64,000 bases of DNA from assembly GCF_036321535.1 (NCBI RefSeq), contig NC_087436.1, forward strand, positions 113,460,001-113,524,000. Reading direction: 5' to 3'. The notes below the pieces were generated by a model, which was not told the origin of the DNA, made no database searches, and saw only the letters and a program-made list of their open reading frames with translations. A program made the translations under genes and the position numbers. Origin of the DNA: Camelus dromedarius (lineage: Eukaryota). Below, one piece after another: positions 1 to 12,855 of the stretch (its first letter is position 1; every line of letters starts with the position of its first letter).

Positions 1-1582
1 ATGACAATGAAAAGGAACTCAGTGAAACAGACAATTCTGGAAGCAGGGGAGAACTTCAAAAAATCTGTAACTATTATCTTCATAAAGATAAGAAAATTTG
101 TTACACCAATAAAATATTAATAGGATACTTGGGAAAAGGAAACAGAACAATAAAGAGCTCGGGGTGGGGGGAAGATGATGTTTCTATTTCACTCCCCCCC
201 ACAAAAGAGCCTAAAAAGTTCATAAAAATGTTGAAAAGTAACTTTGTTGTCCAGCAAAAGGGAAAAAATGATGGGCAAGAAGGAAGAAAAAATAGGAAAC
301 TTAAAAAGTCAATCCAAGGACTCCCACATCTATAAATTAGGAGATTCAGAAAGAGAACTTAGAAAAAATGGAAAGGATTAATTATCAAAGGGCTAATGTA
401 GCAATGTCTCCCCTAACTGAAGTTTGTGAACTTCTACACTGACAGGCTCCTGATGGCTCAACACACTGCATGAAAGAAGACCCTACACCAAGGCACATTA
501 TTGTGAAATTTTAGTACACTTGGAATAAAGACAAGTGAGAAAGAGACAGAGATAGAGATCAAGACAGAGACAAGATCAGAATTCAAAATGGCTTCAAACT
601 TAACCATAGCAACGCTGGATAACAGAACAGAGGGCAATATTTTTAAAATTTGAAGAGATAGTTATAGTCAACCTAAGACTCCAGACACAGACAAATTATC
701 CATTAAGGGTATAAGATATTATGTAAACATTTTATGTCATGAAGTCTCAAGCATTTTACCCACTACACATCTATTCTTAGGAAGCTACCAAAGGATGTGC
801 TTTATAAAATGAGGAGTCAATCAAAAAAGAGGAAGACGTGGGTTTAAGAAACCAGGGCATTTCATGCTTGGGGTCCAAGATGGTAGAGAAAAAAATGCCC
901 AGCATGAAAACCTTGTAACAGGCCTGGAGACCAATAGATCCAGATGGGAACAGAGGACTGAGGGCAAAGGGAAAAAGGACACAAATAGGTGGGTGGCAGA
1001 GGGGAGAAAAGGAGGCAGAAATAAATGTTTGAAACTGTGGTTGAGTGTTTGTGAAAATTATGATAGATTTTGAAAGACTTGTTGGGGTAGTCGGGAAAAA
1101 AGTAGCAGTAAGTACATTTAAAAATGAACACGTAAAAAAGAAATCAGTTAACATCTCTAGGAAAAGCAATAGTTCTATAAGAAAGGATTTGGCATCCCAG
1201 TATATTACTTGGTTTAGTAATAAATAACATTTATATAAGTCATAAGGATGCAAACACTGATTATTGGTTAGCTCAGTATTTGATACATAATTAAGAAGTT
1301 GAAGATGGTGTAAGAAAGCTCAGTGCTTAACTTATATAGCAGGAAGTCAATATATAAGGTCTTAAATTTTTAAAGCAAGATATAGTGGTTTGAGCATCTT
1401 GTTTAGAGATAGGGAGATAATTACCAGAAAAATAGGTAAAATAGTTGAAAGAGGTTGACTTTAGGGAGCAGGACTTAGAATTTGGTGGTGAGTGGCTCAG
1501 GAGATTACCATCTTTCAGTATGAACCAGTTTATTTGATTTTAAAAAATCAGAGCATTTATTATTTAGATAAAATAAAATAAA
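1..1582 (+). mobile_element. HAL1-like (half-L1, ORF1-only) ancient LINE derivative, 5' end runs off the window
   Basis: Degenerate L1 ORF1p coding: 482-511 translates PTPRHIIVKF. Downstream sequence resembles the HAL1 consensus (ttcttaggaagctac...aaagaggaagacgtggg) with no ORF2 following. Ends in A-rich tail aataaaataaaataaa at ~1582. Confidence 0.75.
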
Positions 1583-2249
1583 CAACCTTAGTAATTATTC
1601 TTCCTGTATATTCGTTCTCAATGCCTCCCATACAGCCTACATTACTTGTCTTCCCCTCTTCTCCCACCCCAACTCTTCCTCTCCTCCCTGTGCTTACGTA
1701 GATTATATGACTTATTCCTGTAGCTTCATTGATTTTTAATGGTCCAGTTTTGCGTTTTACACTCTGAGTGCAGGGACTAGGTGAGAGGTTTCCAAAAGTC
1801 TGTTGGTTCACTTTGCCCTTATTGTCTCAGTAGTTACTTTATGGGATCTCCAGTCTAAAGGAAATACCTAGCAGGTCTTTTTATTGAGAAATTAGGTCCA
1901 AAGAACTTAAGATTATCCTTTATAAGTGTAAGTGCTTTGGGAAGGAGCTTACAGTGCATATTTTTTTTCATTTTGGAGAGGCCCCAGCTTGAGTTTCTCA
2001 AAGTAGTAGCAGGAACTAACTTTCCCACAACAGGGATTGCTTAAGTAGCTCACCACAACAATAACATAAATCAAAAATTAAAAAGGAAAAAGACTAACTT
2101 ACCTAGAATTCTGTTCCTCAAAGAATCACCTCTTTTCCTTTTCCTAGGTAGTCCTTGTCCAAATGCAGACATGAGGTTTTTACAATCAGTGAGGATGTAA
2201 TGTTGTGTTGTGAATTATTCACTCACTTAGGACTTGATCACGCACGGTT

Positions 2250-2500
2250 TTCCTTGCTGGCACGTGGTTTTCATAATGGTTATCTTAAACAGCTGTCTGT
2301 TTCATACATTGTACTTACTGAACCATATCCCGATGAATGGATGTATTGGTTACATCTTTCTTTACTCTACAATTAAGATATTTCTACACATATCTCTGAT
2401 ATTCCTTTTGATTATTTATACAAAATAATTTTCTAGTAAAAGCTAAATATGTATAAATTTTTAGAGTTTTAATATCTTAAAACTGGAAGAGAAGTTGCTA
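2250..2500 (-). mobile_element. L1ME-type 3' fragment
   Basis: AT-rich, resembles the antisense L1M 3' UTR (gatgaatggatgtattggttacatc). Confidence 0.4.
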
Positions 2501-2944
2501 TATCAAATCTCAAATTCAAGGCAGGGATGCCTTCTAAAGCAGCATGACTCTTCCTGACTCCTACCAATAAAATTCACTTTCTCACATGGAAGTTCATCCA
2601 ATTTGTTTAAAAAATAAGAACTTTTAAATCCATGTTGTTTTTTTGAGCCAAGCTCAGCATCATTTACTGCGCTTGTTGGTCCTCATTTTGCCCCCAGGAG
2701 CTGCACAAAACCAATGTGTTCGCTCCTTCCACATGGCAGCCCTTCAAATATTTGAAGATGATGATCATGGACAAGTGACCTTTGCACAATCTTTCAACTA
2801 AAATATTCCCCGTCCATGACTGCATCCTCCTACTCACTCACCTTTGCCATTTTCTGCCCCAATTACCCAAACCTCCTTCTCTCCCTGCCAATCACCCACA
2901 GTTCCCCCAGCACCCTTGATGGGCTTCTTTTCCAGGTCTACGCC

Positions 2945-3123
2945 ACTGTGTTCTGTTAAATTAGAGACGCCGTCAACGATAAGATGCACCGTCTTTTTTA
3001 TGTATCACTGAGAAACAAATGACAACCTCTGCCAATTAAACTCTGACATGACATCAATTATAAGGCATGCTTCATTTTCAGAGATGTGAAAATAATGTGT
3101 GCCTTAGAATCAGTGAAATACAG
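2945..3123 (-). mobile_element. MER104-like TcMar-Tc2 MITE
   Basis: Both ends resemble the TIR (ctgtgttctgttaaattagagacgcc ... gccttagaatcagtgaaatac), with internal repeated gat/taagatgc motifs. Confidence 0.7.
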
Positions 3124-3799
3124 CAAGGCAGTTGTTTGGGGTCAGCCTCAGACCATCTGTATGCACCATGCAGTGTGGCCCCTGGACTTGGAAATCGTGT
3201 TCCCTGGATGGGTGGCTTTCCCTGACAATGGTAGCCGTTGCTGCTCAGGCCTGTCCGAGTTTGTACCCTTGCAGGCAGGCCTGAGGGAGGTTTTCTAGTC
3301 ACGTGTGATATGGTTTGATACTCTGTGTGCATGCATGCGCGGGTACATCGCAGAGGCATGTTTAATGATTAAATATTAGTGTGTATTGTGAAATGATCAC
3401 CATGATACAGCATGTAGGCAAATTCACAAACACAGAATCCACAAATAAAGAAAATTGCCTGTATTTCTAATAAAACCTCATTTCACCCTTCTTTCTCCTC
3501 TCCTCCCCTTCCTTCCTTCTTTCCAACTACCTACTAGTCCTTATATCTTTTTATCCATACAGAGAGAGATGTCTGGAATTGTTCTCAGAAAGAATTGACA
3601 ATCACCATTATTAGAAGGTGAAACTTTACATTTTCATTTGAAAACAAATGTATAATAGTACATATTTTTACAAATATAATCATGCCATTATTAAAAATTT
3701 ATATTAAAATACAACAAATATTATAAAATAAAATATTGGTAAGATTTTTTGTTTGTTTATTTACCACAATGGTGTTTGTGGGTTTTTTTTTCCACAGTA

Positions 3800-4320
3800 C
3801 AAGTCAATATCTCATGAGGAAGTGAGGAAACAGGCAATCATATACTGCTGGTTTTAGTGTAAATTAGCACAATTTTTTTTAAGAGAATTTGGCAAAATGC
3901 GTCAAAAGCTTCAGTGGTTTTTATCCTCTTTTATCCAGTCATTTCATCTGGAAATTTCATCCATAAAAATAATCACAAAAAATTATTAACAATATCATTG
4001 TAATTGTACACATGTCAATCAGTCCAATAGACCATCCATACGAGCATAGAAGAAAGAAATATAGTTTTTATAAGTCATGTGCTTTATGAATTTGTGTGAC
4101 ATTGTTAACATTGTGAAGGACAGAGTAAAATACCATACAATGAAGATAATGTACGTTAAAGAGACTTCACACAACCAAAATGTTAGCAGTGGTTACCTCT
4201 AGAATGTAGAATTCTAGGTCAGTTTCATTTAAGAGTTATTTTTATGGACAGTCCACAGTTTCTATAGTAAGTATGTATTTATGATGAGGAGAAAAAGACA
4301 ATAAATATTATTTTAAAATA
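3800..4320 (+). mobile_element. L1ME 3' fragment
   Basis: gtgaggaaacaggcaatcatatactgctgg...gtaaattagcacaa and gttagcagtggttacctct, typical of old L1M 3' regions. Confidence 0.65.
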
Positions 4321-4454
4321 ATACTTGGCCTGTCAAGAAAGTGTAATGATCAATAGCGTAATTTACATAAATGCAGATACCTGCTTTTTGGTCTTTTTTT
4401 TTTTTTAAAGACCTTGTATTTGCTTGGCATGCTCCTAAATTCTGTATCATCTAA

Positions 4455-4605
4455 AGTTATTTGCATTATAACCTTGTGAGGCAGGTTTAATAATCTTCAG
4501 TTTATGGATGAGACTACCTAGATTCAGAGAGATGTACGTATAACGTAAGGGCTCCCAGTTAATAGGGGACAGAGTCAGGACTTAAACCCAGACTTTCTGA
4601 ATTCC
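4455..4605 (-). mobile_element. MIR SINE
   Basis: aaccttgtgaggcagg...tttatggatgag...tagattcagagag...gagtcaggacttaaacccag, degenerate MIR core. Confidence 0.65.
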
Positions 4606-4832
4606 ATCCACAAATGCCAATGTCAGAGCTGTTGTGAGGCCATAGCCCCGCAGAGACCAGCAGAGCATCTGCCATTTTGTTGCCAAACAAACAAAAAAAA
4701 GACATTTTCTATTATGTATCCTATGTAAACCACAAGCTGATTAGTAAATGACAGCCCTATGAAAGATGGTCCTTTATGTTATTATCAGTGATTTTTTTCA
4801 GTCAAGAATCTATGATGTTCAATATATCACTA

Positions 4833-5420
4833 ATTCATCGAGCCAACATATTCCAGGTGCCTATCCCATGCCAAGCCCTGTTCTAGGCACTGGTGACACA
4901 GAAATTCATAAAACAAAGGCCCTGCCCTCATGGACTTCCATTCTTTTTTGGAGAGACCGATATAAAGATACTGTATATAACACAGAAAGCAGTGGTCAGT
5001 GCTGTGAATAAAAGAGAAAATGGGAAAGGGCCTCCCACATTTTAAGATCCTTTGCTCTTTCTGGGTTTGGGGTTTTAAGCAGAATGTGGTTACCTTGTCC
5101 TGAGGTGGAGAAGCTGGGAAAGGAGTGGTGTTAGAGAAGGGAGGGTGTATGGGAAATCAAAATCTTAAATTTGAGATGCCTCTTAGACACCTAATGGAGT
5201 TGTCAAGTTTACAGTTGCATAAGTTTAGGTGAGAGGTCAGGTCCGGAGATGTAAATTTGGGAGGCATTGGCTTATAGATGCTACTTAAAATCATGAAATT
5301 ATGTGCAATTGTCTAGGAAGACACACCCAGGGGCACACCAGCATTTAAAGGAAGAGAGAGGATTGGGAGGCACTAAAGGAGACTGACAGGGAAGGGTAGA
5401 AGAAAACCAGGGAGACGTGG
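4833..5420 (-). mobile_element. L2 LINE 3' fragment
   Basis: caacatattccaggtgcctatcccatgccaagccctgttctaggcactggtgacacag...gccctgccctcatggac; later tttgagatgcctcttagaca. Confidence 0.75.
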
Positions 5421-5844
5421 TGTTAGAAATCACGTATTGTAGAACCTGGATTAGAATGTGGTTCTGGCTCCGTGTTGTGCCGTTCCCGTTATTGAAGATT
5501 TTTATGATCCCTTTTCTCCTTTTTATGCTTATCATTTTTTGTCCCTAAAAGTGTTATTTAAATAATAATTGAAGTGGTAGATTTGCCAGATGGTAATTGC
5601 TAAAATGACTTCCTTTGCTCTTTGAGTCTTTTGGGCACCATTCCAGTTTTCTATAACCTTCAAACATATGTGTAAATAGTTCAGTGGGTTCATTATCTAA
5701 CTCCCTGAACAGCAAAGCATGATATCATCCAAAAGCCAATTCTCACTCCCATAAAATGGAGCAATGAGCCATTTAGCTTAAAGGACCTTCACGGGAGGGT
5801 CCATACACTTACGCAGTCCTTCAAAATGCATGCTTTGTTATTTA

Positions 5845-6362
5845 TTTTTATTTTTACATTTTTCACCTTTCTATAGAGGTATAACCTTTATGTAACAAAT
5901 TGAACTAATTTTAAGCTCAGTGAATTTCTACAACTGTGTATGCCCATCTGCTCACCATGCAGATCAAAATTTAGAAACTTTCCGGCACCCAGAAGCCTGC
6001 CTCGTGGCCTTTCCCAGTTAATGCCCACCCCTCCCTTTCCCCATCACTATTCTGAGTTCCATTATCATTGGCTAGTTTTGCCTGCCCTTACACAGTATTT
6101 TCTTTGTGCCTGACTTCTTTTATATAACATAATGTCTCTGAGAGGCATCCATGTTGTTGCACATAGTAAATCATTCTTTTTAAAATTTCTCTGTGGTGTT
6201 TCCTTTTATGAATATACTCCAGTTGATGTATCCATTCTACTGATGATGGACATTGAGTTGTTTCCAGTATCTGGGTATTATGAACAAAACATGGTATGGA
6301 AGACACATTTGTTTCTCTTGAGTACTTCTTTGGAAATGAATTGGTGGGTCATATTGTAAGTA
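5845..6362 (-). mobile_element. L1MD/L1ME 3' end
   Basis: gatggacattgagttgtttccag, catccatgttgttgc, ccatgcagatcaaaatttagaaac: antisense L1M 3' UTR hallmarks. Confidence 0.8.
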
Positions 6363-6387
6363 TATATATATCTTTTTATTTCAGCCT

Positions 6388-7110
6388 CTAGCAAATGTAA
6401 ATTAAAATAATGAGATATTTATTGCTTATGAAGTAAGTAAATATGCTAGTATATTTAGTCCAGAAGATCCACTGTATTCTGTTCCCACTTTCATACATTG
6501 CCAGTGGGAGTATAAATTGGTATGACCCTTTTGGAAAGCATTTTGCCAGTATTAGTAATAACAGCCTTTAAAAATTTTATACCACTTGACCCACAAGTCC
6601 TTTTTTTTTCTTTTTCTGTTTTGGAACCTATCCTAAAGATATTTTATTTTTTGTAAATATTATTTACAGTTTATATTTCATATAAATATATTAGACATTT
6701 AAAAATATTATCATAAATGTTGTTAAAAGTTTATGAACCAAGATTTTTATTGGAGAACTATTTGTAGTAAACAAACAAACAAACATAAAACAGTGGAAAG
6801 AGCCTATGTCCAACAATAGGAAATGCTTGAAGTAAATTAGGTAACAACCTCTCAATGCAATATATAACATTTTGTCTATGAAGAGTTCATAATGGCATAG
6901 AAATATGATTTGCTATAATGCTAAATTTAAAAGCAGAACATGTGTTTAGAGTCTGACTATACCTCTGGGAAAAAATATATATATGTGACACAGAGAGATT
7001 AAAGCCCCAAGAGGAAATGTTCACAGAATGTTAATGCTGACCAACCGAGTGGTAGATTACTGGGTAATTATTACGTTTTATCCATTTTGCAAATTTTCTG
7101 AAATGGTTAG
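6388..7110 (+). mobile_element. L1ME 3' fragment
   Basis: gcaaatgtaaattaaaataatgagata, gtataaattggtatgacccttttggaaagca, tgtccaacaataggaaatg. Confidence 0.7.
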
Positions 7111-7149
7111 TGCTGGTTTAGTTAATATTTTGAAATTTATCTCCACTTG

Positions 7150-7265
7150 CCAGTGGCAGGATGGTATACTGGTTAAGAGTATGATTTCAAAAGCCATATT
7201 ACCTGGGTTCATATCCTAGGATCCTGGTTTCATTGCTTGCTTGCTGTGTGTCTTTGGGCAAGTCT
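7150..7265 (+). mobile_element. MIR SINE
   Basis: ggtatactggttaagagtatgatttc...cctgggttcatatcc...tgtgtgtctttgggcaagtc. Confidence 0.6.
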
Positions 7266-7861
7266 CAGTTTGACTTAATTCACCAAGTATTTATTGTCTA
7301 GTATGTGCCAGGCACTGTTCAGCAAACAAACGGGTAAAAGTCCCTGTGCTCCTGGAGCTTCCAGTCCAGCGTGTGCCTCCTGCAGAACAGGCAGCAGCAG
7401 TGGTGACGACCCAGCACTGGAGAAGTGTCTGGAACATGTGATCCCACAAGGAGTGCTAGTGGCACCTAGGACTTTTATGTCTTAATACCTGATATGTTCA
7501 TATAAAAATGCCTGGGACATTGATAGAGTCCTGCAACTCCCAACTTCTCTATCAGTAAAAAAGAACCTCTTTCTAAGAGAATGCATTTGATCTGGTGTGT
7601 AACTGGCCCCCTTTTGCTGGTCATTTGAGAGAAGTACTGATGACCCCGCCTAACCGTTCTTTTTTGTGTTCCATACTTACCACAGATCATGGGACTCGGC
7701 TGTGGCCAAGTGGAATCACTTTTCCAAATGCTTCCTAAGAATTCCTGCTTCCTTATTCCCAGTGATAAAATTGTTTCTTATTATCCTTTGTAGTAGTGTA
7801 ACATTTTTACCATCTTCAACCAATGATGCAATTATTAGTTCAATGCTTTCAAAACCAATAA

Positions 7862-8296
7862 TGTTTTAGTTTCCTTAAGGCCACCATAACAAAGTAGCAC
7901 AAACCAGGTGGCTTGAAACAACAGAAAGTTATCCTCTCACAGTTCTAGAGGCTAGAGGTCTGCAATCAAGACACTAGCAGGCCTGCAGCCCCGCTCTAGG
8001 GGAGGAGGATGGTTCTTTGCTTCTTCTAGCTTCTGGAGGCTCCTGGGATGTGGTAGCATAACTCTCATCTCTGCCTCCATGTTTCTCATGACCTTTTCCC
8101 TGTGTCTCTCTGTACCCTCTCCTCCTTTCATAAGGACTCCAGTTATTAGATTTAGGGCCCACCCTAAATCACGTATGATTTAATCTCGGGATCTTTAACT
8201 AATTACATTTTCAAAGACTCTATTTCCAAATAAGAATACCTTGTGAGATTCTAGGTGAATGTGAATTTTGGGGGGACACTATTCAACCTACTATGA
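7862..8296 (-). mobile_element. MLT1C-like MaLR solo LTR, near full length
   Basis: Reverse complement starts catagtaggttgaatagtgtccccccaaaattc...ttatttggaaatagagtctttg...gggtgggccctaaatc; the other end is tgttttagtttcc...cataacaaagtagcacaaacc. Confidence 0.9.
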
Positions 8297-10281
8297 ACAG
8301 TAGTAATAATATCAACAATGTCACTCATGATTTTTAATTTCTTAAACTTAATGTAGATGGTAAAATAGAGTAACAGTTTTCTTAAATGTGTGCAGTTCAT
8401 TACCTTCTTATAAAACATGGATAGAACTCAGAATTTTCAGTAGTGGTGCATGAGCTAGAAAAGGTTCAGGAACAGTGTGACCTCAGATGCTTAAGGCTCT
8501 GGCTCCATAAAGCTTTGGGGAGACTCATATATCCCCATAAGAACTGAGATGTGAAAATATTAAGGGTTAGGTCTAATGCAAATTTACTGGAAAAACAGGA
8601 AATGAATGAGGTACCTGAGCATTTGGACAGAGATTTTGTTCTTCTCTGCTTATTTCTTTTGATGAGATAGAAATTCTGACAATCCATCATTCACACTAAA
8701 TCGTCCACATGCCAAACTAGTTTAATGTTGTTCCTTGTGACTCTTCTGTCGGTAATGGGAATTGTTTCCCCAGTCATTGGAACCTTTAAATTCTGATACT
8801 TCAGTGGCAGCAAATTTCAAATGACCTACTGTGAACTGAACATGTAGGAATTCGTTTTTGGCGGGTGTGCATTCTGCAGCGTTTCACGGTTGTGTGAATT
8901 AGGGGTAATAAGGGAAAGCTTTGGACCACCATTCTTGGCTCTGCTGTCACCAAGCAGCAACACCAGGATGTAGGACAATGGCAGAGAGATAAGGCTGACA
9001 TTCAGTTGCTCACTTATTCAAAAAAGTATTTATTGAACACCTGCTGTGTACCATGCCCTGGGCTATGTGTTGGAAATACCACCAAAACAGTGCACCTTCC
9101 TTTAAAGAGATCCCGTCTTTAGGGGCAGATGAATAAGTAAACAGGCATTTGGAGGATAGGGAAGGAGGTGTGATGGGAAAGTGGTTTAAGATACCTGCAA
9201 GCAGTTTACCATAGCATTTAAGAGAGGGGGCATCTATTTTTATGTACATGGATTGGTGGTGGTGATTGGTGTCATAAAAGTGGAAGTTCTCAGCCAAGCA
9301 GAAATCTCTGGAGCCAGCAGTCTCACTTATAATTACTCAATAGGCGTTTTTTTTTTGGAAGGAGAGTGAGACAATGTGCTCACAGACTCCCATGCATTTG
9401 AGAAGAGTGTTATTTCCATTCTTCTCGCTACAACTACAGTTTGAATCAATAGGGAAGTGCATTGGCCTTTGCACAGGGAATCAGAGATTTAGGAAATGAT
9501 CCAGAATCCACAAGCCAATACAGCGCAAGTGAACTGACACCTAGAACATGCTGTTTGGAAGAAAGCCTGACATTTATCGCCACACAGTAGGTGTTCAACT
9601 AATGCTGGTTCATAGCAATGACAAGGATAATAATTAGGGGCAGTCAAGACTTTAATTATTTGATGACTCTGAAATTTTGTTGTAAAAGTTAAAATAACTA
9701 AAGCTCCAAGTAGGAAACAACTTGTAGTGAAGTTTATGTCTTCTACGTATTTTTTTAATTGTTTATATATGTATGTGTGCTTAGAATGTTTTTTTTTTCC
9801 TTAATAGAAGAATTGTGGTGAAAAAGTAGGCCTTTTAAAAATGAACTTGATATTTTTATTATGTGAAATATTTTAAAAATGAATATGAAGCAGAGAATAT
9901 GAAAAGGAATGATATGACAGTATCCAAAAAGCTTTGTCAAATCTTAACATTTTTGACATATTTACTTCAAAAAGTGTTTTTTTAAAAGAAATAAACCATC
10001 ACAGATACAGGTGAACACCCTGTGGGTTCCTCTCCCATCGCCTTTCCTTTCCTTATTACTCAGAGAGAACAGCTAAATCCCTCTAGATTGTTACTGTGTA
10101 CCTGGTGTTTGTCATCACCTAGGTGCCTACCTTTACCCAGTCTCCCTTTCTTCCTGAGAACAGATGCATTTTGATTTTTAATTTTGAAGAGGTCTTTTCT
10201 TGTTGTTGCTTGTTTTGTGACTGTTCCTTTTGAATAATGTTTGTTCCTGTTTCATGGATGCAGTATCTTTTACTTCTCTGG

Positions 10282-10283
<2 letters not shown>

Positions 10284-10349
<66 letters not shown>
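10284..10349. repeat. (AT)n microsatellite, about 32 units, perfect
   Basis: Directly visible. Confidence 0.98.
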
Positions 10350-10352
<3 letters not shown>

Positions 10353-12684
10353 TTCCCCTTAATTTCTTTTGCTTCCTGAATTTTATGTTTGTTTCTTTAA
10401 AAAAAGATTGTGTTGGTCTGTTTATTATATTACAAGTGATCTCCAAAAAATTGGTGATTCTTTTCTGTCCATTTATATTGAAAAGTAAGGCACGTAAAAG
10501 CTTATTGAAAGCCCAGCACATGAGGTTAAGGCTTATTGAGTGGTGAGCTTCACTCTGGGGCAATGGAGCAAATTTCAGCCATTTCCTCGCAGAATTTCTA
10601 ATTGTCCAGCAATTTCTAATTGTCCAGGTCTTTTCACTTGGGCTTTTCAGTCTCCTAAGGAGTTCCCGAATCATCCAGTCTCTTGCCTGTGGGTATAAGG
10701 CTGCCTGATGGCCTTCTGGGAGTTTAGGGAAAGAAGGATGCTAGACTCTCATTTTCAGCATTTTTAGCTCTTCACCCTTCCCTCTGCTATGCCCGATGCC
10801 CCTGAGTCCAGAATATTCTGGTTCAGTGTCTTCAGTGGTAACATTCCGGTCTTCTGTGGCCAAGGGGTGAGTGAAGAGGGAAGAGGAATTATGTCACTTT
10901 GGCTACAGCAGGTGCCCTAGAAGTCTAACTGCGTCTTTCATGTGTACACCTTTAATCAGTCCTCCTAGTCTTGGGTCTGTTGTCTCTCCAACTTCACAGC
11001 TATCTAGCATTTCTGATTCCTGGTTTCTATTCCACTAAGGTTTGGCCAGGAAATAGAACTCGCTTAGGCTTAGAGTTACGTGAGATTATTTACTTATTTA
11101 TTTTCTCTCTCTCTCTCCATCTGTATCAGTCCCGCCTTACCTAATGACTTGACAGTCCTTTCCCCTGGCTCCCAGGCCCATGTTTGGATCCCTAGGTCTC
11201 CTCCCAGTATTTTAGGAATCCTGTCCCTCACACTAATCATGAGAATGGAGTGGATCCAGTCTCCAAGTCAACATGCTACTTGATTCCAGTCCTACTTGAG
11301 AAGTGGTGCCCATGTCCTCTGGGCTCTCTCAAGCCTGAAGCTTGCTAAAATTCATAGCTCCAGGTGGGGGTGGGCAGCAGACATTTCCTTGCCTTTTTTT
11401 TTGTAAGTGGGAAAACCCTATATATCTGTCCACTGTCTTTGAGTAGTGAAACTTGCTCCCCATCTTGGGCGGTAGCTTAAGTTTTATTTCAGTCACTCTG
11501 CAGAAGCTGTACCTTCAGCCCCACTCCAGGCTCAGAGCCCAGGAGCCACAGGGTTGCAGCCCCTTTCGCTCATTTGTGTCTTTGTTCTACTCATCATTTA
11601 ACAAAGGTAATCTTTTACCACTTTGTTCCTGGCAGTATCTGTGTGTGTGTGTGTATGTGTGTAAGTGTGTAATTTGTTTTCCCCTTTCATTTCTATTTGT
11701 GTGGAACAGAGAAACAAAGTGTGAATTCAATACACCATCTTCACGGAAAGTCTAAATATTGGTTCCTTAAAAATTAACAAAGACAGCAGCCACAACAGCA
11801 AAAGCCAGCAACCTAATGAAAACCCACGCCTGCTCACCTGGTGAGAAGTGGTAAGGGCTGGCTGAGTCCGGTCGGGATAGGTTAACCAGGATGCTGTACG
11901 TGGCTGTGCTTTGTGACAGCTAAAGCCCCTCATAAATCTTAGTTATGTATTTCATGTTTATGTGTCTGTGTCACCTCATTAGGGAACTCTAAGACCTTCC
12001 TCACACAGGCCCCATTTTTATTTAGATGAACTTCTAAAGACCTGGGATTTCTCTCCATCTCAGACACAGTCCCCGAACTCCCAACACAAAAAGAAAAGCA
12101 TGTTCTTGTCTCCTGGGTCCTTGAGCAATTTTTGGCCGAGATGCACACGAGAAGAGGGTCGGAGGAAGAGCCTCCCTGGCAGGCTGGGCGAGGAGCGCAC
12201 AAGCTCACCGGAAAGACAGTGAGGAGTGCACCGCACACTTGGACTTCAGTTTTGCTTCTTGAATTGCCAGGTTATTTTCTTTTTCTGGCAGAGATTGTTG
12301 CTCCTTCTCTAACCTCACAGATTCTAAACTCTAGTCCTACTCTTGGTAGCAGTTTTCCTGGAATGTCACCAATTCAACTTAATAAACACGTACTGAAGTG
12401 TGCTGGGCAGTGCTGGGTCCTGGGAGTGTGATGGTGAACACGGCCAGGTCCCTGTCCTTAAGGCCTCATGGTCTGGTGTCAGGGCAGACAAACAGGTCTG
12501 TGAACCAAGAGAATTAGCACAGGTGGCGGACCTCTGTGCTTAGAGCTCTAGCTGTGGCATCTAGCTGCCAGGGTCACGTCTGCAGGAGCCGCTGTTCACA
12601 GTGAGGCTGTGAACAGTTCCTCAGCCTCTCTGTGCTTCATTTCCTCCATCTGTATAAAGCACATGATAACGATGTGAGATGTAG

Positions 12685-12850
12685 TGTATATACATACGTG
12701 CACACATATATACACACACATGTATATTCAGAATTCATTACGGTACATATACGATACACGTTTTTTTACACACACACACTCACAGATATATGCCAGGTAC
12801 CCATATGTGTATGCATCTATGTTGTATTTATATGTATCTACATGTATATA
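12685..12850. repeat. CA/TA-rich low-complexity tract
   Basis: gtatatacatacgtgcacacatatatacacacacatg... directly visible. Confidence 0.8.
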
Positions 12851-12855
12851 TGTTT

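Noticed and set aside
7660-7740. Minus-strand donor GTAAGTAT and overlapping plus-strand acceptor
   Set aside because: The partner sites are weak or absent and no peptide is recognised.
10241-10674. ORFs with (IY)n runs
   Set aside because: They are translations of the (AT)n microsatellite.
12200-12330. Minus-strand frame LEKEQQSLPEKENNLAIQEAKLKSK ending at a GTGAGC donor
   Set aside because: There is an in-frame stop just upstream and no polypyrimidine acceptor.
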